Assembly: GCA_965140415.1 (NCBI GenBank)
Contig: OZ223209.1
Coordinates: forward strand, 4,640,001 to 4,704,000
DNA length: 64,000 nt
Source: Myxococcota bacterium
GTDB taxonomy: Bacteria; Myxococcota_A; SURF-8
Direction: 5' to 3'
Part shown: positions 49,531 to 58,317 of the stretch, piece after piece
How positions within the stretch are numbered: the first letter of the stretch is position 1
Layout of the letters: each line of letters opens with the position of its first letter
Translations under genes and position numbers: made by a program
Notes under the pieces: generated by a model
What the model saw: only the letters and a program-made list of their open reading frames with translations
Told to the model about the DNA's origin: nothing
The model's database searches: none

Positions 49531-51690
49531 CTAGCGCTTCAACAGTGAAGAAAGAACCCCTTTTTTCTTCTTAGCATTCATTTCTTCCTGCTTACGCATT
49601 TTCAATAGTCTAACTTCACTTTGAGCGCGCGAGTGTTTCTTGTCGACCTGCAATGTTTTCAAGAACCATTCCGCAGCTTTATTGGTATCTCCAATCGCTT
49701 TATAAATCGTACCCATATAGAAATAGGCGTTCGACAGTTTCTCGTTTAATTCAATGGCTTTTTCAAGGTAACGAACCGCCTCCTGGCGAGTCACCAAATC
49801 CTGCGTGCTCATGTTGAAATGCACCCAGCCAAGTTCAGCAAAGAACTCACCTTCGTTGGGATTCAGCTTGATTGCCTCCTGCAAGTGGCGCTTGGCGGTA
49901 GTCCAATCTTTTTTCCTTGTAGCATTCTGAGCATCGAAGAAGAACTGTTCAGCGGCCAGGATTTTCGCCACTTCTTCGGTAGCATCTTCGTTTCCGCCTT
50001 CCGACATCTCTTTAATGTACTCTGATTTCTTGGTCGAATTGCTCAATGTTTCAGCAGCTTTGGAATAGGTGGTAAAGATCTGGTCCGCCAATTGCCGAAT
50101 TTCTGTAATGTCGCTATGTGCAATCGCATCCGGATGAAATTCCTTGGCGAGTTGCCGAAATTTTTCTTTAACGATGTCGGGTTTGACTTTCTGATCCACA
50201 TCCAACAGAGTAAAATAATCTTTGCCTGCCATCTCTTCTCGCAATTTATACAATCTGAGATAGTGAGCTTTTTGATCCTCATCCATTTTCTGGACGGCAA
50301 GCATCATTTCCATTTTCTGTAACTGCTCTTTACCCAGTGCTTTCGTTCTGGTCGATGTTTTGGAAACATCCTGCTCGGCTTCCTTATTCTTTTCCAATAG
50401 ATGCTTTGCATGTTGATGCATCGCACTTCGTTGTCGAATTCCTCCAGCCAGTGAATTTTCTTCTTCTTCCTCCAAATTTACTTCTTCCCAACTGGGTTGA
50501 TCGAGCGTCAAGGCCTGAATGACAATCAGATGCATGAGAAACGGCAGCATTTCCTTACGGTTCTTTATCGGGGAATCCAATAGTTCATCCAGCGTTTCGG
50601 AACCGTCCAATTGTTGGATATATCTAATTTCTTTAAGATTATAACCGCAAAGGTTCATACGCTCGGAGGCATCGTCCGCAGCCCGAACGGCAGATGTCGC
50701 ATAAGGACGCATCCATGATAACAAAGTTTCTTCTTTTACTTTGTTCATAATACCGTTGCGCAGCAACACAAATGGATGCGCGTCCAGGCGGGAATGCGGA
50801 GCCGGGACATTGGGTGAATTCTTAAAGCTGAAACTGGCACCGCGCCAATTGAAAACGGAATTCAGTTTCAAATCCAGTTGCTTTTTCAATGCTTCCGAGC
50901 GCTGGTACGGCGTGATCGCACCCAGTTCCACTAACAAATCACCATGCTTGCGCCCCGTTTTTTTGAGCAATTCAAAAGAAGAACGGAACATCTCCTCTCC
51001 GATTTCGTGCTCACGCAACATGATCTGGCCCAGACACTCTGAAATAATATTGGAAGCGATCCCGATTGGCTTGCCCTTTTCGAAGGTAATCACCTTCTTG
51101 GCTTTACCCCAGAGTATCATCAACATACCGCTCAAGCGGCGTTCGTAAAGTTGGTTAACGATAACAGGAAATGGCACTTCGTCCATTTTACCAGCAAGTG
51201 GAATCTGGCTCGGACTATAAAGGTAAAATGAGTTTTCAATAAAAGAACGTCCACGACCGGTATCACCAGGCCCTTGACTCTCTCTTTTCGGATAATCCTT
51301 TCCAAAAATCTTGCGCAACACACGAATGATACGCACCGGCGGAATCGGTTTTTCGATGTAATCAAACAACTTGTATTTGGCAATCGACTCACTGGCGTGT
51401 GTACCGCTGCGAAACACACCAGAAATCATCACGACCGGCACCTTGGAATACCCTTTGATCCATCGAAGTTTCTCGCAAACCTGGAAACCGTCCATGTTCG
51501 GCAATAAGGCATCTACAAACACCGCATCGAACACGCGTTCTTTTAAGGTTTCCACCGCAGCAAGACCGTTATATTCCGCATAGGCTTCAAAGCCTTCTTC
51601 CTGCAACAAAGCAAGAAAACCGCTGACAAGCTCCTTGTCATCATCCACCACCAGAACTTTTAACGCTTTTTGGGGGTCATCGTTGGCCAT
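49531..51690 (-). CDS. Response regulator receiver - DUF4388-like - DnaJ - TPR protein
   Basis: VLVVDD...D.LLPNMDG...KP receiver, DYFTLL...FHPD J-domain, C-terminal TPRs. Confidence 0.88.
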   Translation of the reverse strand: MANDDPQKALKVLVVDDDKELVSGFLALLQEEGFEAYAEYNGLAAVETLKERVFDAVFVDALLPNMDGFQVCEKLRWIKGYSKVPVVMISGVFRSGTHASESIAKYKLFDYIEKPIPPVRIIRVLRKIFGKDYPKRESQGPGDTGRGRSFIENSFYLYSPSQIPLAGKMDEVPFPVIVNQLYERRLSGMLMILWGKAKKVITFEKGKPIGIASNIISECLGQIMLREHEIGEEMFRSSFELLKKTGRKHGDLLVELGAITPYQRSEALKKQLDLKLNSVFNWRGASFSFKNSPNVPAPHSRLDAHPFVLLRNGIMNKVKEETLLSWMRPYATSAVRAADDASERMNLCGYNLKEIRYIQQLDGSETLDELLDSPIKNRKEMLPFLMHLIVIQALTLDQPSWEEVNLEEEEENSLAGGIRQRSAMHQHAKHLLEKNKEAEQDVSKTSTRTKALGKEQLQKMEMMLAVQKMDEDQKAHYLRLYKLREEMAGKDYFTLLDVDQKVKPDIVKEKFRQLAKEFHPDAIAHSDITEIRQLADQIFTTYSKAAETLSNSTKKSEYIKEMSEGGNEDATEEVAKILAAEQFFFDAQNATRKKDWTTAKRHLQEAIKLNPNEGEFFAELGWVHFNMSTQDLVTRQEAVRYLEKAIELNEKLSNAYFYMGTIYKAIGDTNKAAEWFLKTLQVDKKHSRAQSEVRLLKMRKQEEMNAKKKKGVLSSLLKR

Positions 51691-52087
51691 TTCAACTTGT
51701 CCTACTTATGATGCACTATTCCTAGCTATCTGAAAATAGTAACGGTTTCATATTCTTAGCGCAAGGAGAATTTCAACTTTGGTAAGAGATGTTCCCCCTT
51801 TTCCTATCGATGATGAAAATGGTTTCCTTAACAAACGTTTCGTATTTTGTTGTTGTAATTTACCTTGCCCGCTTGTTAGCGACTGATTCAGAATCCGACA
51901 TATCACATTTTCTTCCTGCTTCTCCCAAAGAAAGCCCATTTTCACTGCTCTTGTAAACTTGCTTCGCTGCGATTTAATCCTCTGATATTCGCTTGATTTT
52001 TCCCCTTCCTTTGCTTAAGATGATCGCTGACTATGCCCATTGCGCTTTCGGGAAATTCTAATCCACTTGCGGATGAAGGAAAGACAC

Positions 52088-52789
52088 ATGAGTTCGCAGA
52101 CTACGAAAAGTAAAAAGCAATCCACTCCTGCCAAGAAAACGAAGGCAGTTCCTAAAAGCAGCGCGACTAAAAAAACCAGTGCGCCCGCTAAAACCGCGAA
52201 ATCTACAAAAACGACCGCAAAAACCAAAACGGTTAAAAAAGCCGCTGATGGCATTCAAGACGCCACAATCGGCACCAATCAGGTAACATGGTCGATTAAC
52301 CCCAAAATCTATCCACTCGATGTCGTGTACCAGGCCGCTTTTGTGTTCATCGATCGTGCCTACATGCTGTTGGATGTGTCAGCAGACGGAGCCTGGCAGG
52401 TTACACTTAAAGGTAAAACCTCCTTGAAACAAAAAGATTTGACCGCGCTTCAAGGAGAATTTTTCAATGAGTTACTGAACCAAGCCGTTCGCAAGAAGAT
52501 CTCGAAGGACACGAAGAGCTTAAGAGAACTTATTTTAGCCAAGGCACTCTTTGCCGCCGCACGACCTGGTGAGTTGGATCAGATCCGAGAAAACGTCGCC
52601 GCCCCTCCCCGTCAGCAGTCCGAAGAAACCGTTCGGCCTTGGGACGAAGCAACTCAGGAAGAACAGGATGAACTGGACAAGCTGTTGAAAGAAATCGAAG
52701 AAGATTTCGCAGACGATCCGATGGGCATTGCCGTGCCATGGGATGAAAAATATGGCGAAGACGGCGAAAAGAAAAAAGAGGAGGATTAG
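52088..52789 (+). CDS. HxsD-like (His-Xaa-Ser system) protein with Lys/Thr/Ala-rich N-tail and acidic C-tail
   Basis: KIYPLDVVYQAAFVFIDRAY...GEFFNELLNQAVRKKI...RELIL.KALF resembles the TIGR03976 'LLNDYxLRE' family. ATG after AAGGA. Confidence 0.75.
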   Translation: MSSQTTKSKKQSTPAKKTKAVPKSSATKKTSAPAKTAKSTKTTAKTKTVKKAADGIQDATIGTNQVTWSINPKIYPLDVVYQAAFVFIDRAYMLLDVSADGAWQVTLKGKTSLKQKDLTALQGEFFNELLNQAVRKKISKDTKSLRELILAKALFAAARPGELDQIRENVAAPPRQQSEETVRPWDEATQEEQDELDKLLKEIEEDFADDPMGIAVPWDEKYGEDGEKKKEED

Positions 52790-52993
52790 GCAAGCCTTAT
52801 CCTAAAATCTCTTTGTTTTCGTTAATGATTCCCATTGTATCGCAGAACTGAAAAACGCCTCTCCATTGCACAGTCATCAACTTCGTGCTATCATATCGGA
52901 ATAATGAATGGTTAAAATCAGTTGTACTATATAGTATGAAAATAACCTGCGATAAAACACATTGCCAGGTTTTTTTAACGGTGTGAGGATTGA

Positions 52994-54112
52994 ATGAAGA
53001 AAGCATGGATCATTATCGCGATTTTAGCGATTGTGGCGATCATTGATATCGCTGTTCGATATTCCTCCAACCAGCCTAGCAGCGAACTCCAACCGCCTAC
53101 AGAATTTTCCAAAAATAAAAACGCAGATCAAACCAAACCACGCCCCAAGGGGCGTATCACGCGCCAGGAGTTCATGAAAACCCAGGGGAAGAAACAGGTT
53201 GTGCAGGCAAAACCGAAATGGTGCAAGTCTGCCATGCAGAATCTACTCTCTAAAAAAGGATCGGAAATCAACCGTAAGGATCTGGAATTTATCTCTCGCC
53301 TTGCCACTAAAAAAGCACGAGATTCTGCCTGGGTCTACATCAGTAACTATCTTGGTTGTCGGGCATTGGAAAATGATGACATCCGCTATTGCCGCCCGGT
53401 AAGTGGCGTCCACTTTTCAGAAACATTTCATGACTGCACCATCAATTTCAGATCCTGGCGTTTTCTGGATTTATACCTATACCGGAAAGTTGATTTGGCT
53501 GCATTTGAAACTGCCATCAAGGAATACAATGTAGACACCCAAACCTGGATGAAAACGGTGTATCAGGCTGTTCATGAAGATCGGTCTTCGGTTTGCGGCT
53601 CGTTGCCATTTGAAGAACGTTCATCGTGTACGATTTTGGTAGACACGATCAATGGACGGAATATTGAAGACAAAGTTGTGATGAATGACACCGTGAAAAT
53701 CATCCGAGAACTTTTCCAAACCCAAAACCTTAATATAATCAGTGACATCAGAAAATTGGATGGGGGCACTTACCTGGCTGACATTCTTAGCATGATTATG
53801 CTCAAACAAAGCCACTGCGAAAACATTCTGATCCGTGGGTTTGAAAACTCACTGTGTGAACCCCCACCTTTACAGATTAATCTTCCGCCACACCTACAAG
53901 ATCCATCCCAAATCCCGACCAAAAAAAATCAGAAAAATGATGGAATCGATGACTACGTAGCTGATCCAGACGATTTTAAGAATCAAGATAACGGTACACA
54001 AGAGAACCTGAACAACAGCGATCAAGCACAGCCAATGGATCTACCATCAGGACCATATCCATCTGTTCCACCTTCCCCTTCATCTCCATCGGAGAACGGT
54101 TCACCGGAGTAA
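52994..54112 (+). CDS. N-terminally anchored hypothetical protein with paired Cys and Pro-rich tail
   Basis: MKKA + hydrophobic WIIIAILAIVAII, 8 Cys, visibly more AT-rich than its neighbours. Confidence 0.75.
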   Translation: MKKAWIIIAILAIVAIIDIAVRYSSNQPSSELQPPTEFSKNKNADQTKPRPKGRITRQEFMKTQGKKQVVQAKPKWCKSAMQNLLSKKGSEINRKDLEFISRLATKKARDSAWVYISNYLGCRALENDDIRYCRPVSGVHFSETFHDCTINFRSWRFLDLYLYRKVDLAAFETAIKEYNVDTQTWMKTVYQAVHEDRSSVCGSLPFEERSSCTILVDTINGRNIEDKVVMNDTVKIIRELFQTQNLNIISDIRKLDGGTYLADILSMIMLKQSHCENILIRGFENSLCEPPPLQINLPPHLQDPSQIPTKKNQKNDGIDDYVADPDDFKNQDNGTQENLNNSDQAQPMDLPSGPYPSVPPSPSSPSENGSPE

Positions 54113-54119
54113 AAGCAGT

Positions 54120-55112
54120 ATGGCCAACCTCGGATATATTCAACTTGCCAGGCGATGCAATCAGAAGTGTGTCTTCTGTTCAAACCCTCCCAATGGACGG
54201 ATCATCAGCCTGGATGATGCCAAGCGTTTCGTCGATGACTTTATAGAACGCCAGTATCACGGCATCATCCTCACGGGAGGGGAGCCAACCCTGTTCGGTC
54301 CGATTACGGAACTGCTCAATTACGCCAGAGAGCGCGACATCCCCATGCGCATGGTCAGTAACGGCCAAAAGACTGCCGATTTCGACTATTTGAAATCGTT
54401 GGTCGATGCCGGACTGGTGCAATTGCACTTATCGATTCACAGCGTTCGCGAGAAGGTAGAGGACTACCTGACCCAAATTCCCGGCTCATTCAAGAATCAG
54501 ATGAAAAGCCTGGAAAACGCCGCTAAACTTGGTTTGAACACAGACATCAACTGTGTCATCAACAAGCTGAATGCCGATCATCTGGATGAAAATGTCAAAT
54601 GGCTGACCAATCGGTTTCCCAAGATTCATCATTTCGTGTGGAATAACTTGGACCCTTGCCTGAATGACGAAATGGACCGCTCGGTGATCGCTCGTCTCTC
54701 GGATTTCGAAATCTCGCTTTTCAAGGCCATGTATTACCTGGAACGCACCGGACGCAGTTTCCGTGTCGAGCGAGTACCACTCTGCTACATGGCCGATTAT
54801 GCTGCATTTTCTACGGAAACCCGAAAAATCATCAAAGACGAGGAGCGCATCGTTCATTTCCTGGATCAGAAAGAAACGGTACATCAAGTCAATTTCGCCC
54901 ATGGAAAATTCGATATTTGCAAAACCTGCCGATACGAACCGATCTGCGCTGGCCTGTTCATGCTTGGTAATGGTTATGATCCCAAAGAACTCTCCCCGAT
55001 CTTTTTGGATCCGAACAAGGTTGTGGAAAAAGTACTTCATCGACCCGATCCCGACCGGATTGAGCGTATCAAGCGCAAAAACAGTGACATGACCCATCCG
55101 GATCGGTCATGA
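54120..55112 (+). CDS. Radical SAM protein (HxsC-like)
   Basis: CNQKCVFC, TGGEPT, SNG, VPLCYM, CKTCRYEPICAG. Confidence 0.88.
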   Translation: MANLGYIQLARRCNQKCVFCSNPPNGRIISLDDAKRFVDDFIERQYHGIILTGGEPTLFGPITELLNYARERDIPMRMVSNGQKTADFDYLKSLVDAGLVQLHLSIHSVREKVEDYLTQIPGSFKNQMKSLENAAKLGLNTDINCVINKLNADHLDENVKWLTNRFPKIHHFVWNNLDPCLNDEMDRSVIARLSDFEISLFKAMYYLERTGRSFRVERVPLCYMADYAAFSTETRKIIKDEERIVHFLDQKETVHQVNFAHGKFDICKTCRYEPICAGLFMLGNGYDPKELSPIFLDPNKVVEKVLHRPDPDRIERIKRKNSDMTHPDRS

Positions 55113-56275
55113 CGGAAGACGTTGCGCCAGGGGGCTGGCTCCATTACTTGATTCTATTCCCAGCTCTTTATCTTGGCATCGTCACTTCTATCGAAGACAC
55201 CCGTTTCGGAAAAATCTACCGCCACCATATTCGGTTCGGCATCGTTATCGGCTTGGTCTGGTTGGCTGCTCTGGTCGTGTTTCATCTTTTCTTTCTAAAA
55301 GATTTCGGTTTCTTGTTGCAGAGCCTACCACACTGCCTTCTTGCCGCACTCATCGCGCTTGTGTTATCCGGCGGTATGTGGTGGTTCAACGTATGGTCGG
55401 CCGCGGACGCCAAGCTGTTTTCCGTTTTTACACTGCTGCTTCCCGTTCCGGTTATCATGGCGCACCATTCACCCACGCTGTTTTCACTGACGCTGATGGT
55501 AAACGTCTATACGGTGGCATTCGTATTGATCTGCGCCGATTTTATTTTACGCTTCACTTCTCGCGGCACGGGGAAGCTAGGCCTGTTCTTTCATGCAGCA
55601 TCTGCCGAAAGGCGAGATATCTTAAAAAGCGGAATTGACTATTTTCGTGAGAATGTACCAGGTTGGATTAAAACTTTCATCGGCATCGCGTTAATTCTAG
55701 TGCTCGTGCGCACACTCAGAAGAGCCGTCAGTGATGAATTGCAGCAGGTCGTAACACTAGACCCTACCCTGCTCTTTCTGGCTCTCTTCCTTGCTTTCCG
55801 TCCCCTGCATATGCTCTTTCAAATCAAAGCCGTCGCAATTGTCGCTCTGCTTGGATTTGTAACTTTCCTCGGCTACGAGTGGTACCTTGATCCTACAGGG
55901 CAACGCCTGCTCGAATCCGCCAGCGTTGGCGGTTGGGCATTGGGACTGATTCTATTCAGGCAGGTATACAGCTATTGGACAAGCCTGGTGGAACAAAGGC
56001 GAATTTCCCTGCAAGACCTGCGGGAACACCTGATTCTTGCTACCAGCACTCGCTCCGAGCTGCAAGCTCAGAATGTATTTTCAGAAGAAGAAATGAAACA
56101 GATCGGAGTTGAAGGACTCAACGCCGAACAAGTCTTACGGATTCAACAACTATACCAAGATCCGGAAGAACAGCAGCAGATTGCCATTGAAAATACAATC
56201 CCCTTTGCCCCCTTTATTTTCGGTGGTTACTTGGCCACCATCTACGTTGGAGATGTACTTTTAAAACTGCATTAG
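55109..56275 (+). CDS. A24-family (prepilin/preflagellin-type) aspartic peptidase-like membrane protein
   Basis: SIED...KI (first Asp), WSAADAKL (GxGD-like second Asp), C-terminal IPFAPFIFGG. Overlaps the rSAM stop (ATGA). Confidence 0.75.
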   Translation: MTEDVAPGGWLHYLILFPALYLGIVTSIEDTRFGKIYRHHIRFGIVIGLVWLAALVVFHLFFLKDFGFLLQSLPHCLLAALIALVLSGGMWWFNVWSAADAKLFSVFTLLLPVPVIMAHHSPTLFSLTLMVNVYTVAFVLICADFILRFTSRGTGKLGLFFHAASAERRDILKSGIDYFRENVPGWIKTFIGIALILVLVRTLRRAVSDELQQVVTLDPTLLFLALFLAFRPLHMLFQIKAVAIVALLGFVTFLGYEWYLDPTGQRLLESASVGGWALGLILFRQVYSYWTSLVEQRRISLQDLREHLILATSTRSELQAQNVFSEEEMKQIGVEGLNAEQVLRIQQLYQDPEEQQQIAIENTIPFAPFIFGGYLATIYVGDVLLKLH

Positions 56276-56297
56276 TCTTTAAGACGTTATCCTATTA

Positions 56298-56678
56298 TTA
56301 GTGCCCGCATCCGCCTCCATGCCCATGCCCGGCGCAAGTGTGCTGTGGGGTAAACAACGGCAACTCACCAGCATTGAACGCCTCAACCGCTGCACTGATA
56401 TTCACCATCGGTGCCTTGTAGACTTTAACTCCTCCCGCCAATAACTTGTTCAAAGCCCCCAGGCCGATTCCTCCAACCAAAATACCATCCACACTTTTGC
56501 CATCGATAGCATCCAGTGGACGGCACATACCATGCTCGTGATGCTGATCTTTATTCTGCAACGGTTCACATTGCAGCGTTTCCGTATCTACGATCATAAA
56601 CAGCGGTGCAGAGCCAAAATGGCCGTATACCACACTTTCCAAACCCTTGTTCAATGCTACGGGAATACACAATTTCAT
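56298..56678 (-). CDS. NifB/NifX family (dinitrogenase FeMo-cofactor-like) protein
   Basis: HFGSAPLF, GGIG.GA..KL...GVKV, His/Gly/Cys tail. Confidence 0.88.
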   Translation of the reverse strand: MKLCIPVALNKGLESVVYGHFGSAPLFMIVDTETLQCEPLQNKDQHHEHGMCRPLDAIDGKSVDGILVGGIGLGALNKLLAGGVKVYKAPMVNISAAVEAFNAGELPLFTPQHTCAGHGHGGGCGH

Positions 56679-56980
56679 CTTTCGTTCTCCTGATGTTTTA
56701 CAGGTTCACCTACAATCAACGCTTTACCGTGAACCAACGCCAAAGCTGTCTTTTTGCGAGCAGCGGTTACGATTCTCTGCACCGTCCCACGCGACACATT
56801 CATCCGTTCCCCAGCCTGCGCTTGTGTCAATCCTTCCAAATCGCAAAGGCGTAGCGCCTCTAATTCGTCAAGCGATAGAAAAAGGTGCTCTAATTGGTGC
56901 ATGGGAGTACCGGTCGGTTTAAAAGCACCTTTCGGATATGGACATTCACAAATACGCGGTTTAACGGGTCGAGCAGACAT
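56675..56980 (-). CDS. DUF134 family HTH protein
   Basis: RPVKPR, FKP.G.P, DELEALRLCDLEGLTQ..AG.RM.VSRGT.QR...AR.K. ATG after GGAGG. Confidence 0.88.
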   Translation of the reverse strand: MSARPVKPRICECPYPKGAFKPTGTPMHQLEHLFLSLDELEALRLCDLEGLTQAQAGERMNVSRGTVQRIVTAARKKTALALVHGKALIVGEPVKHQENER

Positions 56981-56996
56981 GCAACACCTCCTATTG

Positions 56997-57010
56997 TGTG
57001 CATATGCACA
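56997..57010. promoter_or_regulatory. Perfect 14-bp palindrome, candidate operator of the DUF134 operon
   Basis: TGTGCATATGCACA, about 17 nt upstream of the DUF134 start. Confidence 0.6.
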
Positions 57011-57091
57011 GTATAAAACAGAAGTCTTCCCGTCAAGGACTTTTGCCATTCTTTTAAAATCGATTTACTGGAGGTAGCTAATTGCCTACAG

Positions 57092-57126
57092 AAAAACGGG
57101 CCGCCTGATTTCAGGCGACCCGTTTT
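57092..57126 (-). terminator. Intrinsic terminator after secF
   Basis: AAAAACGGGCCGCCTGA-TT-TCAGGCGACCCGTTTT. Confidence 0.7.
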
Positions 57127-57156
57127 ATGACGATGTAAAGCTTTGGTGATTCTAAA

Positions 57157-58302
57157 TCACGCCTTGGCGTTTGCTGCGCGATGCTCAAGGAAACGATACA
57201 GATAGATCATGATCGGGGAGGCAACGAAAACCGAAGAATAGGTACCGACAAACACACCGATCAACAACGCGAAAGCAAAGTCAAGGATAATACCACCACC
57301 GAAAACGATCAGGGCGATCACGACCAGCAACGTCGTAGTAGAAGTCAGCACTGTACGAGACAGAGTCTGGTTTAAACTTTCGTTCACAACTTCTTCCAAC
57401 GGTTTGACTTTGACTTTGGATAGATTCTCACGGATACGATCGTACACGACAATTGTATCATTCAGAGAATAACCGACAATGGTCAGTAGCGCGGCGATAA
57501 TCGGGATGGTGAATTCGACATTCAAAATCGAGAAAATACCCGCAGTGATCGACACGTCGTGAACCAATGCAACCACCGCACCGGGAGCGAAGCGGAAGTC
57601 GAAACGGAACGCGATGTAAATGAGAATACCGATAAGCGCGTAGACAATCGACAAGATACCTTTTTGCTTAAGTTGCTCACCGACCTTGGGACCGACCGAA
57701 TCCAGACGTAGGATTTCAAATGAATCCTTGCCGAATTTCTGCTCCAACACTTTCGCGATCATCGGGGAAAGTCCCTCCAGCACGCAACGATACACGTAGC
57801 GTCCTTCGCTACCGGTCACGTTGATCTCGTTGACAGGAGCATCGGCAGATTTGAAGATTTCACGGATTTTGTCCTCGTCCGCCTTTTGCTTCAACTGGAA
57901 TTCGATTTTATCACCACCGCTGGTGGAATGATGAAACCGTCTGAAGCCTTTATCTCCAAACGCAGCCTGCAAGCCGCTCATGATGGCCGCTTCGCGTTTT
58001 TCGTTGACAAAGGAAATGTTCGCCAGCTTGATCAGGTATTCATTCGTTTCCGTCAAACCGAAGCGTTGTACTTCGGCAGCGATGTCCGTCAAACCACCAA
58101 TCGCCTCGCGTACGTCCGCAGCTTCGGCAGGTTGATTGAATTTCACCTGAACTTCCGTACCACCGGCGAAATCGATGCCGTAATTGAAACCATTGATCGC
58201 GACAATGATCAAACAGGCCAATACGACCACGCCCGAGGCGATCAGGAATTTCTTGGCATTGGGAATAAACTGTATATTGATGTCAGGGCTGATGAGCTGC
58301 AT
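57157..58302 (-). CDS. secF: Protein translocase subunit SecF
   Basis: GIDFAGGT, VGPKVG, HDV, LTIVGYSLNDTIVVYDRIRE, GTYSS.F.A. Confidence 0.96.
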   Translation of the reverse strand: MQLISPDINIQFIPNAKKFLIASGVVVLACLIIVAINGFNYGIDFAGGTEVQVKFNQPAEAADVREAIGGLTDIAAEVQRFGLTETNEYLIKLANISFVNEKREAAIMSGLQAAFGDKGFRRFHHSTSGGDKIEFQLKQKADEDKIREIFKSADAPVNEINVTGSEGRYVYRCVLEGLSPMIAKVLEQKFGKDSFEILRLDSVGPKVGEQLKQKGILSIVYALIGILIYIAFRFDFRFAPGAVVALVHDVSITAGIFSILNVEFTIPIIAALLTIVGYSLNDTIVVYDRIRENLSKVKVKPLEEVVNESLNQTLSRTVLTSTTTLLVVIALIVFGGGIILDFAFALLIGVFVGTYSSVFVASPIMIYLYRFLEHRAANAKA

Positions 58303-58317
58303 CGATTGACTCCTCGA

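Noticed and set aside
51691-52993. Short His-Xaa-Ser precursor peptide near the HxsD-like gene
   Set aside because: No HxS-repeat ORF was found by eye in the flanking intergenic regions. Very short ORFs were not exhaustively enumerated.
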